Shown here piece by piece: positions 9,474 through 16,624 of a stretch of 40,000 bases of DNA. Every line of letters begins with the position of its first letter. The stretch's first letter is position 1. Made by a program: the position numbers and the translations under genes. Location: the NCBI RefSeq assembly GCF_037146395.1, contig NZ_JBBCVP010000004.1; one strand, written 5' to 3'. Below the pieces are notes generated by a model that saw only the letters and a program-made list of their open reading frames with translations, did not search any database and was not told the origin of the DNA. Source of the stretch: Delftia acidovorans. GTDB lineage: Bacteria > Pseudomonadota > Gammaproteobacteria > Burkholderiales > Burkholderiaceae_C.

Positions 9474-9498
9474 TTGAATTGGAATGATCGTTCCAATT
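9474..9498. promoter_or_regulatory. palindromic operator, copy 2 (upstream of dehydrogenase-MFS operon)
   Basis: TTGAATTGGAATGATCGTTCCAATT lies 44 bp upstream of ATG 9542. Confidence 0.6.
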
Positions 9499-9541
9499 AT
9501 CCGGATCTTGTTTTCCTTCCCGTTCATCACCAGGAGTTCCC

Positions 9542-10414
9542 ATGAGTTCACATGTCCAATCCGTGATTGCCGTCCTCGGCACCGGCCTGATCGGCGCGCC
9601 CGTCGCCCGCAACCTGCAACGCAAGGGCTTCACCGTCCGCGCCTGGAACCGGACGGCCGCCAAGGCCCAGGCCCTTGCGGCCGACGGCGTTCAGGCCTGT
9701 GGCGATGCGGCCGACGCCGTTCGTGGCGCCCGCATCGTCGTCACCGTGCTCAAGGATGGCCCGGCCGTCCTGCAGGCCATGCAGGCCGCAGCGCCTGCGC
9801 TGCAGCCGGGCACGCTGTGGCTGCAGCTGAGCACGGTGGGTGTGGATGCCATCGCGCCGCTGGCGCAGTTCGCCGATCGGCATGGCCTGGTGTTCTACGA
9901 CTGCCCCGTGCAGGGCACGCGCCAGCCGGCCGAGCAGGGTCAGCTGGTCATCCTGGCCGCAGGCCCGCTGGCGCAGCGCGGCGAGGTGCAGCCGGTGTTC
10001 GATGCCATAGGCCGGCGCAGCCTGTGGATTGCGCAGCAGGCAGGTGCCGCCAGCCGGCTCAAGCTGGCGCTCAACCACTGGGCCTTCGCACTCACGCATG
10101 GCCTGGCCGAAAGCCTGGCGCTGGCCAAGGGCCTGGAAGTGGACCCGGCCCTGGTGGTCGATGCCGTCACGGGCGGGCCCATGGACAGCGGCTTCTTCCA
10201 GGCCAAGGCTGCTGCCATATTGTCGGGCCGCTACGACGCCAGCTTCACCGTGGCCAATGCCGTCAAGGACGCGCAGCTGGTGGCCGATGCCGCTGCCGGC
10301 GCAGGCCTGCTGCTGGACGGCGCACAGGCCGGGCTGCGCCGTTTCGAGCGTGCGCTGGCCGCAGGGCATGGCGACAAGGACATGGCGGCCTCCCACCTGG
10401 TGTCCCATGCCTGA
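9542..10414 (+). CDS. NAD(P)-dependent beta-hydroxyacid dehydrogenase family oxidoreductase (3-hydroxyisobutyrate/6-phosphogluconate dehydrogenase-like)
   Basis: 290 aa. N-terminal VLGTGLIGAPVARNL Rossmann motif and the family's typical length and C-terminal helical domain. CAGGAG upstream. Confidence 0.85.
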   Translation: MSSHVQSVIAVLGTGLIGAPVARNLQRKGFTVRAWNRTAAKAQALAADGVQACGDAADAVRGARIVVTVLKDGPAVLQAMQAAAPALQPGTLWLQLSTVGVDAIAPLAQFADRHGLVFYDCPVQGTRQPAEQGQLVILAAGPLAQRGEVQPVFDAIGRRSLWIAQQAGAASRLKLALNHWAFALTHGLAESLALAKGLEVDPALVVDAVTGGPMDSGFFQAKAAAILSGRYDASFTVANAVKDAQLVADAAAGAGLLLDGAQAGLRRFERALAAGHGDKDMAASHLVSHA

Positions 10415-10436
10415 GATGCGCAGCGAGGAAAAGGCA

Positions 10437-11597
10437 ATGGACCAGCCCATGGACACCTCCGGCGACACAGGCCTGCCGCTGGGCAGGCTGCTGGCCCTGG
10501 CGATGGCAGGCTTTCTGGCCATCATGACCGAGACCCTGCCGGCCGGCCTGCTGCCGCAGATCGGCACGGGGCTGGCAGTGTCCGAAGCCATGGCCGGCCA
10601 GATGGTCACGCTGTACGCGCTGGGTTCGGTGCTGGCCGCCATTCCCGTCGTGGCCGCCACGCGCGGGCTCAGGCGCCGGCCGCTGTTCATGGCGGCGGTG
10701 GGCGGGTTGCTGCTGTTCAACAGCCTCACCGCGTTGTCCGGCCACTACGGCCTGACCCTGGCCGCCCGCTTTGCCGCAGGCATGGCTGCCGGCGTGATCT
10801 GGGGGCTGGTGGCCGGCTATGCGCGGCGCATGGTGCCACCGCATCTGCAGGGGCGCGCACTGGCCGCGGCGGGCGTGGGCCAGCCGCTGGCCCTGGCGGC
10901 CGGCGTGCCGCTGGGCGCCTGGCTGGGCAGCCTGTTCGACTGGCGCGGCGTGTTCTGGGCGCTGTCGGCACTGTGCCTGCTGCTGCTGGTCTGGGTGCGG
11001 CTGGGCGTGCCGGATTACGCCGGGCAGACGGCGCACCAGCGCCAGCCCGTGGCGCGCATCCTGCGCGTGCCCGGCGTGCGTCCCGTGCTGCTGGCGCTGT
11101 TCGGCTGGATGCTGGCCCACAACATGCTCTACACCTTCATCGCGCCTTTCCTGGTCTCCGCAGGGCTGGGGCAAAGGGTGGATGGGGTGCTGCTGCTGTT
11201 CGGCCTTGCGGCCATTGCCGGTATCTGGCTCACGGGCTTGCTGGTGGACCGCTGGCTGCGCGCGCTCACCGTGCTGAGCCTGGCCGGGCAGTCGGCCGTG
11301 GCCGTTCTGATCGGGGTGGCGGCCTGGGGGCTGAGCTTTGGCGGCGCACCCACGCTGCTTCAGACCGCGCTGGCCGACGCGGCGGGCGAGGGCGCCGACG
11401 TGGCCCAGTCCATGCTGGTGACGGTCTTCAACCTGGCCGTGGCGAGTGGCGGCGTGGCCGGCGGACTGCTGCTGGGCTGGCGGGGTGCCTCCGCCTTGCC
11501 CTGGACGCTGGCGGTGTTGGCGCTGGCCTGCCTGTCCGTGGTCTGGCCGGCAAGCCATGCGGGCTTCAGGCCTGGGCGGCGCAGCGTGGCTGCCTGA
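10437..11597 (+). CDS. MFS transporter (drug/metabolite efflux type)
   Basis: About 386 aa and highly hydrophobic, with about 12 predicted TM segments. ATG 10437 follows GAGGAA; alternative in-frame ATGs at 10407 and 10416 overlap the upstream stop. Confidence 0.85.
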   Translation: MDQPMDTSGDTGLPLGRLLALAMAGFLAIMTETLPAGLLPQIGTGLAVSEAMAGQMVTLYALGSVLAAIPVVAATRGLRRRPLFMAAVGGLLLFNSLTALSGHYGLTLAARFAAGMAAGVIWGLVAGYARRMVPPHLQGRALAAAGVGQPLALAAGVPLGAWLGSLFDWRGVFWALSALCLLLLVWVRLGVPDYAGQTAHQRQPVARILRVPGVRPVLLALFGWMLAHNMLYTFIAPFLVSAGLGQRVDGVLLLFGLAAIAGIWLTGLLVDRWLRALTVLSLAGQSAVAVLIGVAAWGLSFGGAPTLLQTALADAAGEGADVAQSMLVTVFNLAVASGGVAGGLLLGWRGASALPWTLAVLALACLSVVWPASHAGFRPGRRSVAA

Positions 11598-11638
11598 GGC
11601 ACTGCATCGCTGTTCCCTCAACAGACGGGGCAGCAAAG

Positions 11639-11671
11639 GGGCCACATGCCGCTGCGCATGTGGCCCTTGTT
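11639..11671 (+). terminator. hairpin terminator after the MFS gene
   Basis: 11-bp perfect stem GGGCCACATGC/GCATGTGGCCC with a 6-nt loop, followed by TTGTT (weak T tract). Confidence 0.55.
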
Positions 11672-11695
11672 GCGTGCGACCAATCTTTCTATAAT
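11667..11695 (+). promoter_or_regulatory. sigma70-type promoter candidate (TTGTTG-N17-TATAAT)
   Basis: Consensus -10 TATAAT at 11690-11695 and TTGTTG at 11667-11672 with a 17-nt spacer, 85 bp upstream of the cupin gene. Confidence 0.5.
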
Positions 11696-11733
11696 TGTTT
11701 TACCCCATGAACTATGATTCATGGATAAAACAA
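11695..11733. promoter_or_regulatory. 39-bp inverted repeat / candidate operator abutting the -10 box
   Basis: TTGTTTTAccCCATGAActatgaTTCATGGaTAAAACAA. The outer arms are TTGTTTTA/TAAAACAA and the inner arms CCATGAA/TTCATGG. Confidence 0.55.
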
Positions 11734-11779
11734 ATGGCGCCTTCCCCGCCATGATCCACCGACGTTGATGGAGAGACAC

Positions 11780-12310
11780 ATGTCCGAATCCGCTCAGAAC
11801 ACGCCCCGCACCTGGGACCAGCCCGAAGGCTCCAGCTTCGAACAATGGATGGAGTCGCGCGTGGCGCGGTTTTCCACGCGCAAGTACGACTTCGACGCGC
11901 TGAAGTTCCAGGCCGACTTCGACCCCAAGTACCGCCGTGGCCAGATGCGCTACATCGGCACGGGCGGCACGGGCGTGGCTGCGGACAGCAACACCATCCC
12001 TTCCGAGAACTTCACCTTCTCCACCATGGTCATCCCGGCCGGCAATGAAGGCCCCTCGCATCTGCACACCGATGTGGAGGAGGTCTTCTTCCTGATCCGC
12101 GGCAAGCTCAAGCTCGTGCTGGAGAAGGACGGCCAGCGCTTCGAGACCATCCTCACCGACCGCGACGTGGTCTCCGTGCCGCCCGGCGTGTACCGCGAGG
12201 AAATCAACATCGGCGACGAGGACGCGCTGATGTGCGTGATGCTGGGTGCCAAGAAGCCCATCACACCCACCTATCCCCCCGAGCATCCTCTGGCCAAGAT
12301 CAAGCGTTGA
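11780..12310 (+). CDS. cupin domain protein
   Basis: About 176 aa from ATG 11780 (GGAGAG upstream; the track start is TTG 11765). Cupin metal motif GPSHLHTDVEEVFFLIRG. Confidence 0.8.
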   Translation: MSESAQNTPRTWDQPEGSSFEQWMESRVARFSTRKYDFDALKFQADFDPKYRRGQMRYIGTGGTGVAADSNTIPSENFTFSTMVIPAGNEGPSHLHTDVEEVFFLIRGKLKLVLEKDGQRFETILTDRDVVSVPPGVYREEINIGDEDALMCVMLGAKKPITPTYPPEHPLAKIKR

Positions 12311-12324
12311 GCAACGGGCCTGCC

Positions 12325-13179
12325 ATGACCGCGCAGACGCTGCAGCGCATGGAGCAGCGCCTTCAGGCGCAGTTCCCCGAACACCTCGTCGCCCTGCCCG
12401 GTGGCGCCCAGGTCGCCTGGCGCGAGGCGGGCGACACGGCCTCGGACTTTGCCGTGGTGATGCTGCACGGCATCAGCTCGGGCGCCGCGTCCTGGATGGA
12501 GGTGGCCCTGGAGCTGGCGCCGCGCACGCGCGTGCTGGCCTGGGATGCGCCCGGCTACGGCCGCTCCACGCCGCTGGCACCCGCCGCGCCCACGGGCGCC
12601 GACTACGCCCGCGTGCTGGAGCAGTCGCTGCAGGCGCTGGGCGTGCGCCGCTGCCTGCTGGTGGGCCACTCGCTGGGTGCGCTCATGGGCACGCCCTGGG
12701 CGGTGCAGGCGGGCGCTGCCCGCGTGCAGCAACTGGTGCTGATCAGCCCCGCTGGCGGCTATGGCGCACCCGGAATGGGCGAACAGCAGGCCAAGGTACG
12801 CGCAGGCCGCTTGGAGGCGTTGCAGCAAAAAGGCATCGAAGGCCTGGCCGCCGCCATCGACCAGCGCCTGGTCTCGCCCGCCGCGCCCGAACCCGTGCGC
12901 CAATGGGTGCGCTGGAACACGGCGCGCCTGCATGCCGCAGGCTACGCCCAGGCCGTGGAGCTGCTGTGCGGCAGCGACCTGGGGCAAGCTGCGGGGCAAC
13001 TGGCCATGCCGGTCGAGGTCTGGGTGGGCGAGCACGACGTGGTCACGCCGCCTGCCGCCTGTGCGGCCTGGGCCCAAAGGCTGGGCGCCCGGTACGTTAC
13101 GCTTGCGGCAGCCGGCCATGCCTCTGTCGTCGAACAACCTGCGGATGTCGCACAGAGGCTGGCCACCCTGCTGACCTGA
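12325..13179 (+). CDS. alpha/beta-fold hydrolase
   Basis: 284 aa from ATG 12325. Oxyanion HG (MLHG) and nucleophile elbow GHSLG, with a late His (AGHAS). Confidence 0.85.
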   Translation: MTAQTLQRMEQRLQAQFPEHLVALPGGAQVAWREAGDTASDFAVVMLHGISSGAASWMEVALELAPRTRVLAWDAPGYGRSTPLAPAAPTGADYARVLEQSLQALGVRRCLLVGHSLGALMGTPWAVQAGAARVQQLVLISPAGGYGAPGMGEQQAKVRAGRLEALQQKGIEGLAAAIDQRLVSPAAPEPVRQWVRWNTARLHAAGYAQAVELLCGSDLGQAAGQLAMPVEVWVGEHDVVTPPAACAAWAQRLGARYVTLAAAGHASVVEQPADVAQRLATLLT

Positions 13180-13201
13180 TGGCCTACCGGCCCGAATTGC
13201 G

Positions 13202-14008
13202 ATGAGCGACACCTCCGAAACCCTCTCGAACGACAACGACCGCTACACCGTCCCCGCGCTGGAGCGCGGCCTGCGCCTGCTGGCCTGCTTCACGCCTTCG
13301 CAGCCCGTGTGGAGCGCGCCCGACCTGGCGCGCACCCTGGCGCTGCCGCGTTCCACGGTGTTCCGGATGCTGACGACGCTGGAGAACATGGGGTATCTGC
13401 AACGCTCGGGCACCGAGTACCGGCTGGGCCTGTCCGTGCTGCGCCTGGGCTACGACTACCTGTCCACCCAGCCGCTGGCCCAACTGGCCGAGCCCGTGCT
13501 GCAGGCGCTGTGCGAGCGCCTGGGCTTCACCACCAACCTGGCGCTGCTGGACGGCACCTCCGTGGTCTACGTGGCGCGCATTGCGCCGGCCGGCGCCTTC
13601 CAGGGCGCCGTGCGCGTGGGCTCCCGCCTGCCGGCCCATGCCACCGTGCTGGGCCGCGCCCTGCTGCAGGACATGGACGCAGACCAGCTGCGCGAACTCT
13701 TCGGCGGCAGCGAGCTGCAGCAATTCTCGGAAAGCACGCCGCGCGACGTGCAGCAACTGCAGCAGCTGCTGCTGCAGGACCGCGAGCGCGGCTACGCCAT
13801 GGGCGAGGGCTTCTACGAGCCCGGCGTCTCCAGCATTGCCGCACCCGTGCGCGATGCGCAGGGCCGCATCATCGCGGGCCTGGGCATGGCCGTGGCTTTT
13901 ACCGAAATCGCACCCGGGCGCATGGCGCACTGGGTGGAACAGGTGCGCGAGGCCGCCGTCGAACTGACGGGCCACCTGCGCACCCAGCACCCTGGTTTTC
14001 TGCGCTGA
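13202..14008 (+). CDS. IclR-family transcriptional regulator
   Basis: 268 aa. Motifs VPALERGLRLL, LPRSTVFRMLTTLE, GSRLPAHATVLGRALL. Paralog of the regulator at 17408-18295. Confidence 0.92.
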   Translation: MSDTSETLSNDNDRYTVPALERGLRLLACFTPSQPVWSAPDLARTLALPRSTVFRMLTTLENMGYLQRSGTEYRLGLSVLRLGYDYLSTQPLAQLAEPVLQALCERLGFTTNLALLDGTSVVYVARIAPAGAFQGAVRVGSRLPAHATVLGRALLQDMDADQLRELFGGSELQQFSESTPRDVQQLQQLLLQDRERGYAMGEGFYEPGVSSIAAPVRDAQGRIIAGLGMAVAFTEIAPGRMAHWVEQVREAAVELTGHLRTQHPGFLR

Positions 14009-14056
14009 GGAACTGGTGTCCCCACCATCCTTCAGGGCGTTCTTGCTCAGAAAGAA

Positions 14057-14860
14057 ATGACGATGAATATTGCTGTGATTGGCTGCGGTGCGATTGGCGC
14101 CAGCGTGCTCGAACTGCTCAAGGGCCATGCCGCGGTGCAGGTGGGCTGGGTGCTTGTGCCCGAAGTGACGGACGCCGTGCGCGCCACCCTGGCGCGGCAT
14201 GCGCCCCAGGCGCGCGCACTGCCTGCGCTGGCGGCCGAGGACCGGCCCGACCTCATCGTCGAATGCGCAGGCCATACCGCCATCGAAGAGCATGTGCTGC
14301 CCGCCCTGCAGCGCGGCATCCCTGCCGTCGTGGCCTCCATCGGCGCACTCAGCGCCCCCGGCATGGCCGAGGCCGTGCAGGCCGCGGCCGAGGCCGGAGG
14401 CACCCAGGTGCAATTGCTCTCGGGCGCCATCGGCGGTGTGGATGCGCTGGCCGCAGCCCGCATCGGCGGCCTGGACGAAGTGGTCTACACCGGCCGCAAG
14501 CCGCCCCTGGCCTGGACCGGCACGCCCGCAGAAAAGCGCTGCGACCTCGCCAGCCTCAAGCAAGCCTTCTGCATCTTCGAAGGCAGCGCACGCGAGGCCG
14601 CCCAGCTCTACCCCAAGAACGCCAACGTGGCCGCCACCCTGTCGCTGGCCGGCATGGGCCTGGACCGCACCACGGTGCGCCTGTACGCCGACCCGGCCGT
14701 GGACGAAAACGTGCACCACGTCGCGGCGCGCGGCGCCTTCGGCACCATGGAGCTGACCATGCGCGGCAAGCCGCTGGAGGCCAACCCCAAGACCTCGGCC
14801 CTCACCGTCTACAGCGTGGTGCGCGCCGTGCTCAACCAGGCCACGGCCATCGCCATCTGA
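14057..14860 (+). CDS. nadX: L-aspartate dehydrogenase family protein (NadX-like)
   Basis: 267 aa. IAVIGCGAIG Rossmann motif and the length and C-terminal pattern (NVHHV...ANPKTSALT) of the aspartate dehydrogenase family. The substrate is not established here. Confidence 0.8.
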   Translation: MTMNIAVIGCGAIGASVLELLKGHAAVQVGWVLVPEVTDAVRATLARHAPQARALPALAAEDRPDLIVECAGHTAIEEHVLPALQRGIPAVVASIGALSAPGMAEAVQAAAEAGGTQVQLLSGAIGGVDALAAARIGGLDEVVYTGRKPPLAWTGTPAEKRCDLASLKQAFCIFEGSAREAAQLYPKNANVAATLSLAGMGLDRTTVRLYADPAVDENVHHVAARGAFGTMELTMRGKPLEANPKTSALTVYSVVRAVLNQATAIAI

Positions 14861-14907
14861 GCCGGGCCGGGCGCAGGGTCACGGCACAATAGGCGCTTTC
14901 GCCCCGC

Positions 14908-14937
14908 AGGCGGCCCCCCGGGCCGCCTTTGCTTTTT
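14908..14937 (+). terminator. rho-independent terminator after nadX-like gene
   Basis: Perfect 9-bp stem AGGCGGCCC/GGGCCGCCT with a CCC loop, followed by TTGCTTTTT. Confidence 0.7.
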
Positions 14938-14964
14938 GCCTGTGCCGTTGAAAGAGAAGCCACC

Positions 14965-15720
14965 ATGACCATCGCCATCCTCAGTGCCCTGCCGCAGGAA
15001 CAGGAAGGCCTGGTCCATGCCATGTCCGACGCCCAGGGCACGGCCCACGCCGGCCGCATGTTCTGGCGCGGGCGCCTGCATGGGCACGACGTGGTCTGCG
15101 CGCTGTCTGGCATAGGCAAGGTGGCGGCCGCCACCACGGCCACTGCGCTGATCGAGCGCTTCGGCGTGCGCCGCATCGCCTTCACCGGCGTCGCCGGTGG
15201 CCTGGGCGAAGGCGTGCGCGTGGGCGACGTGGTCGTGGCCGACGAATACCTGCAGCACGACCTGGACGCCTCGCCCATCTTCCCGCGCTGGGAAATGCCC
15301 GGCTACGGCCGCACGCGCCTGCCCTGCGACCCCGAAATGACGGCCGCCCTGCTGGCCGCCGCCCAGGCCTGCGTGGCCGACGCGGGTGAAGACCTGCGCG
15401 CCGCCCACACCACCACGGCGCCGCGTGCGCACCAGGGGCTGATTGCCAGCGGTGACCAGTTCGTGGGCACGGCGGGGGCTTCGCTGGCCTTGGCGCAGGG
15501 TCTGCGGGCTGCGGGGCATGAGGTGCTGGCGGTGGAGATGGAAGGTGCCGCCGTGGCGCAGGCCTGCCTGGACTATGGCGTGCCGTTTGCGGCCATGCGC
15601 ACGATTTCGGATCGGGCGGATGACAGTGCGCATGTGGACTTTGCGGAGTTTGTGCGGGTGGTGGCGAGTCGGTATGCGTTGCGGGTTGTTGATGGGTTTT
15701 TGCGGCGGCTTGCTGTTTGA
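14965..15720 (+). CDS. mtnN: 5'-methylthioadenosine/S-adenosylhomocysteine nucleosidase
   Basis: 251 aa from ATG 14965. Motifs SGIGKVAAA, EMEGAAVAQ, ISDRAD. Confidence 0.88.
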   Translation: MTIAILSALPQEQEGLVHAMSDAQGTAHAGRMFWRGRLHGHDVVCALSGIGKVAAATTATALIERFGVRRIAFTGVAGGLGEGVRVGDVVVADEYLQHDLDASPIFPRWEMPGYGRTRLPCDPEMTAALLAAAQACVADAGEDLRAAHTTTAPRAHQGLIASGDQFVGTAGASLALAQGLRAAGHEVLAVEMEGAAVAQACLDYGVPFAAMRTISDRADDSAHVDFAEFVRVVASRYALRVVDGFLRRLAV

Positions 15721-15749
15721 TTTTTGACCCTGCCGGGTGGTTGTTTTTC

Positions 15750-16000
15750 GAGGCCGGGTTTCGGCCCGGCGGCCGACCTACTTTCTTGCCGCGCGGCAAG
15801 AAAGTAGGCAAAGAAGCGCGCCCCACTGCCCACGACCCCTTCGCTGCGCTCCGGGGCGACCTGCGTAGGGCGCGATGCGGGGTGCGCCGTGAAACTCGTT
15901 ACGCGCTGCGCGCTTCACTCAAACATCACGGCGAGCTAGATGACGAAGCAGCCCTGTCCTTCGGCAGGGCTGCTACCCCGCACCCCGCCCAACGCAGGCG
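15750..16000 (+). repeat. structured ~250-bp repeat element, copy L (REP/MITE-like, no coding capacity)
   Basis: Contains three hairpins: GCCGGG..CCCGGC; a 14-bp stem CCTACTTTCTTGCC/GGCAAGAAAGTAGG at 15777-15808; and GCAGCCCTG/CAGGGCTGC. It is the reverse complement of 16141-16392, with the first ~38 nt identical. Confidence 0.85.
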
Positions 16001-16026
16001 TGGGCAGAAGGGGGAAGGCTGAAGGA

Positions 16027-16066
16027 CAGCCAACAGCCAACAGCCAACAGCCAACAGCCAACAGCC
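16027..16066. repeat. heptanucleotide microsatellite (CAGCCAA)x5 plus a partial sixth unit
   Basis: Five perfect CAGCCAA units at 16027-16061, then CAGCC. Located between the two inverted repeat copies. Confidence 0.95.
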
Positions 16067-16140
16067 AACAGCCGGCGCCATCGCTCCGCTCAGCTTCAAG
16101 CCGGGGCCGAGCGAAGCGAAGGCCCGTACCCACTCCCCGT

Positions 16141-16392
16141 ATGAACGCGCCTGCGGCGTGGTGGTTGCGGGGTTGCAGTCCTGCCGAAGGACAGGACTGC
16201 TTCGTCGACTGACTCGCTGCGGTTGTCTGAGCGGCGCGCGAAGCGCAAAGCGAGTTCCGCAGCGAACCCCGCAACCGCCACGACGCAGGTTGCCCCGGAG
16301 CGAAGCGCAGGGGTCGCGGGCATTCGGGTGCTTTTCTTTGCCTACTTTCTTGTAGCAAGACAAGAAAGTAGGTCGGCCGCCGGGCCGAAACC
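16141..16392 (-). repeat. structured ~250-bp repeat element, copy R (inverted relative to copy L)
   Basis: The reverse complement aligns along its length with 15750-16000. The same three hairpins are present, with stem-preserving substitutions. Confidence 0.85.
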
Positions 16393-16554
16393 CGGCCTCT
16401 GCCCGCCGGCCGGGCATGCGTCCAAAAGCAGACCCAGGAAGCATCAAAAAAGACCCCGAAAAACACACACCCAGACACACCTCTGTCATCCATTTCCCAC
16501 ACCCCTCCGTGTTTTCCCCAATCCCCCCCCGCCCCATCAGTCCTAAACTCACGC

Positions 16555-16593
16555 TTGTTTCAAGAAAAAAGTGTCATTTCAAATTTGAAACAA
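16555..16593. promoter_or_regulatory. split palindrome / candidate operator upstream of the 12-gene operon
   Basis: TTGTTTCA-N23-TGAAACAA. It contains the perfect 14-bp palindrome TTTCAAATTTGAAA (16577-16590). It ends 32 bp before ATG 16625. Confidence 0.55.
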
Positions 16594-16624
16594 GACACGA
16601 ACCCCCCTTCGATTGAGGAACGCC

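Noticed and set aside
6635-9496. 953-aa minus-strand ORF spanning fadD, the intergenic region and tetR
   Set aside because: It runs antisense through two well-supported genes and a terminator. Its composition is typical of GC-rich antisense frames, and no domain is recognisable.
10263-11645. 460-aa minus-strand ORF opposite the first MFS transporter
   Set aside because: It is extremely Arg/Gly/Pro/His/Gln-rich and antisense to a clearly hydrophobic 12-TM protein frame.
15717-16552. ORFs of 65-208 aa predicted on both strands inside the repeat block (e.g. 15717-16022, 15926-16552)
   Set aside because: They are translations of inverted repeat copies and of the heptamer tract (…LLAVGCWLLAVGCW…). 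They lack start contexts and any codon-bias asymmetry. The conservation pattern (compensatory stem changes) is structural, not coding.
15721-16624. Possible IS element, transposon or CRISPR array in the 0.9 kb non-coding block
   Set aside because: There is no transposase or cas ORF. The tandem repeats (7 bp, and 12 bp at 8471-8506) have no spacers and are far too short for CRISPR. At most this is a non-autonomous MITE/REP-like element.
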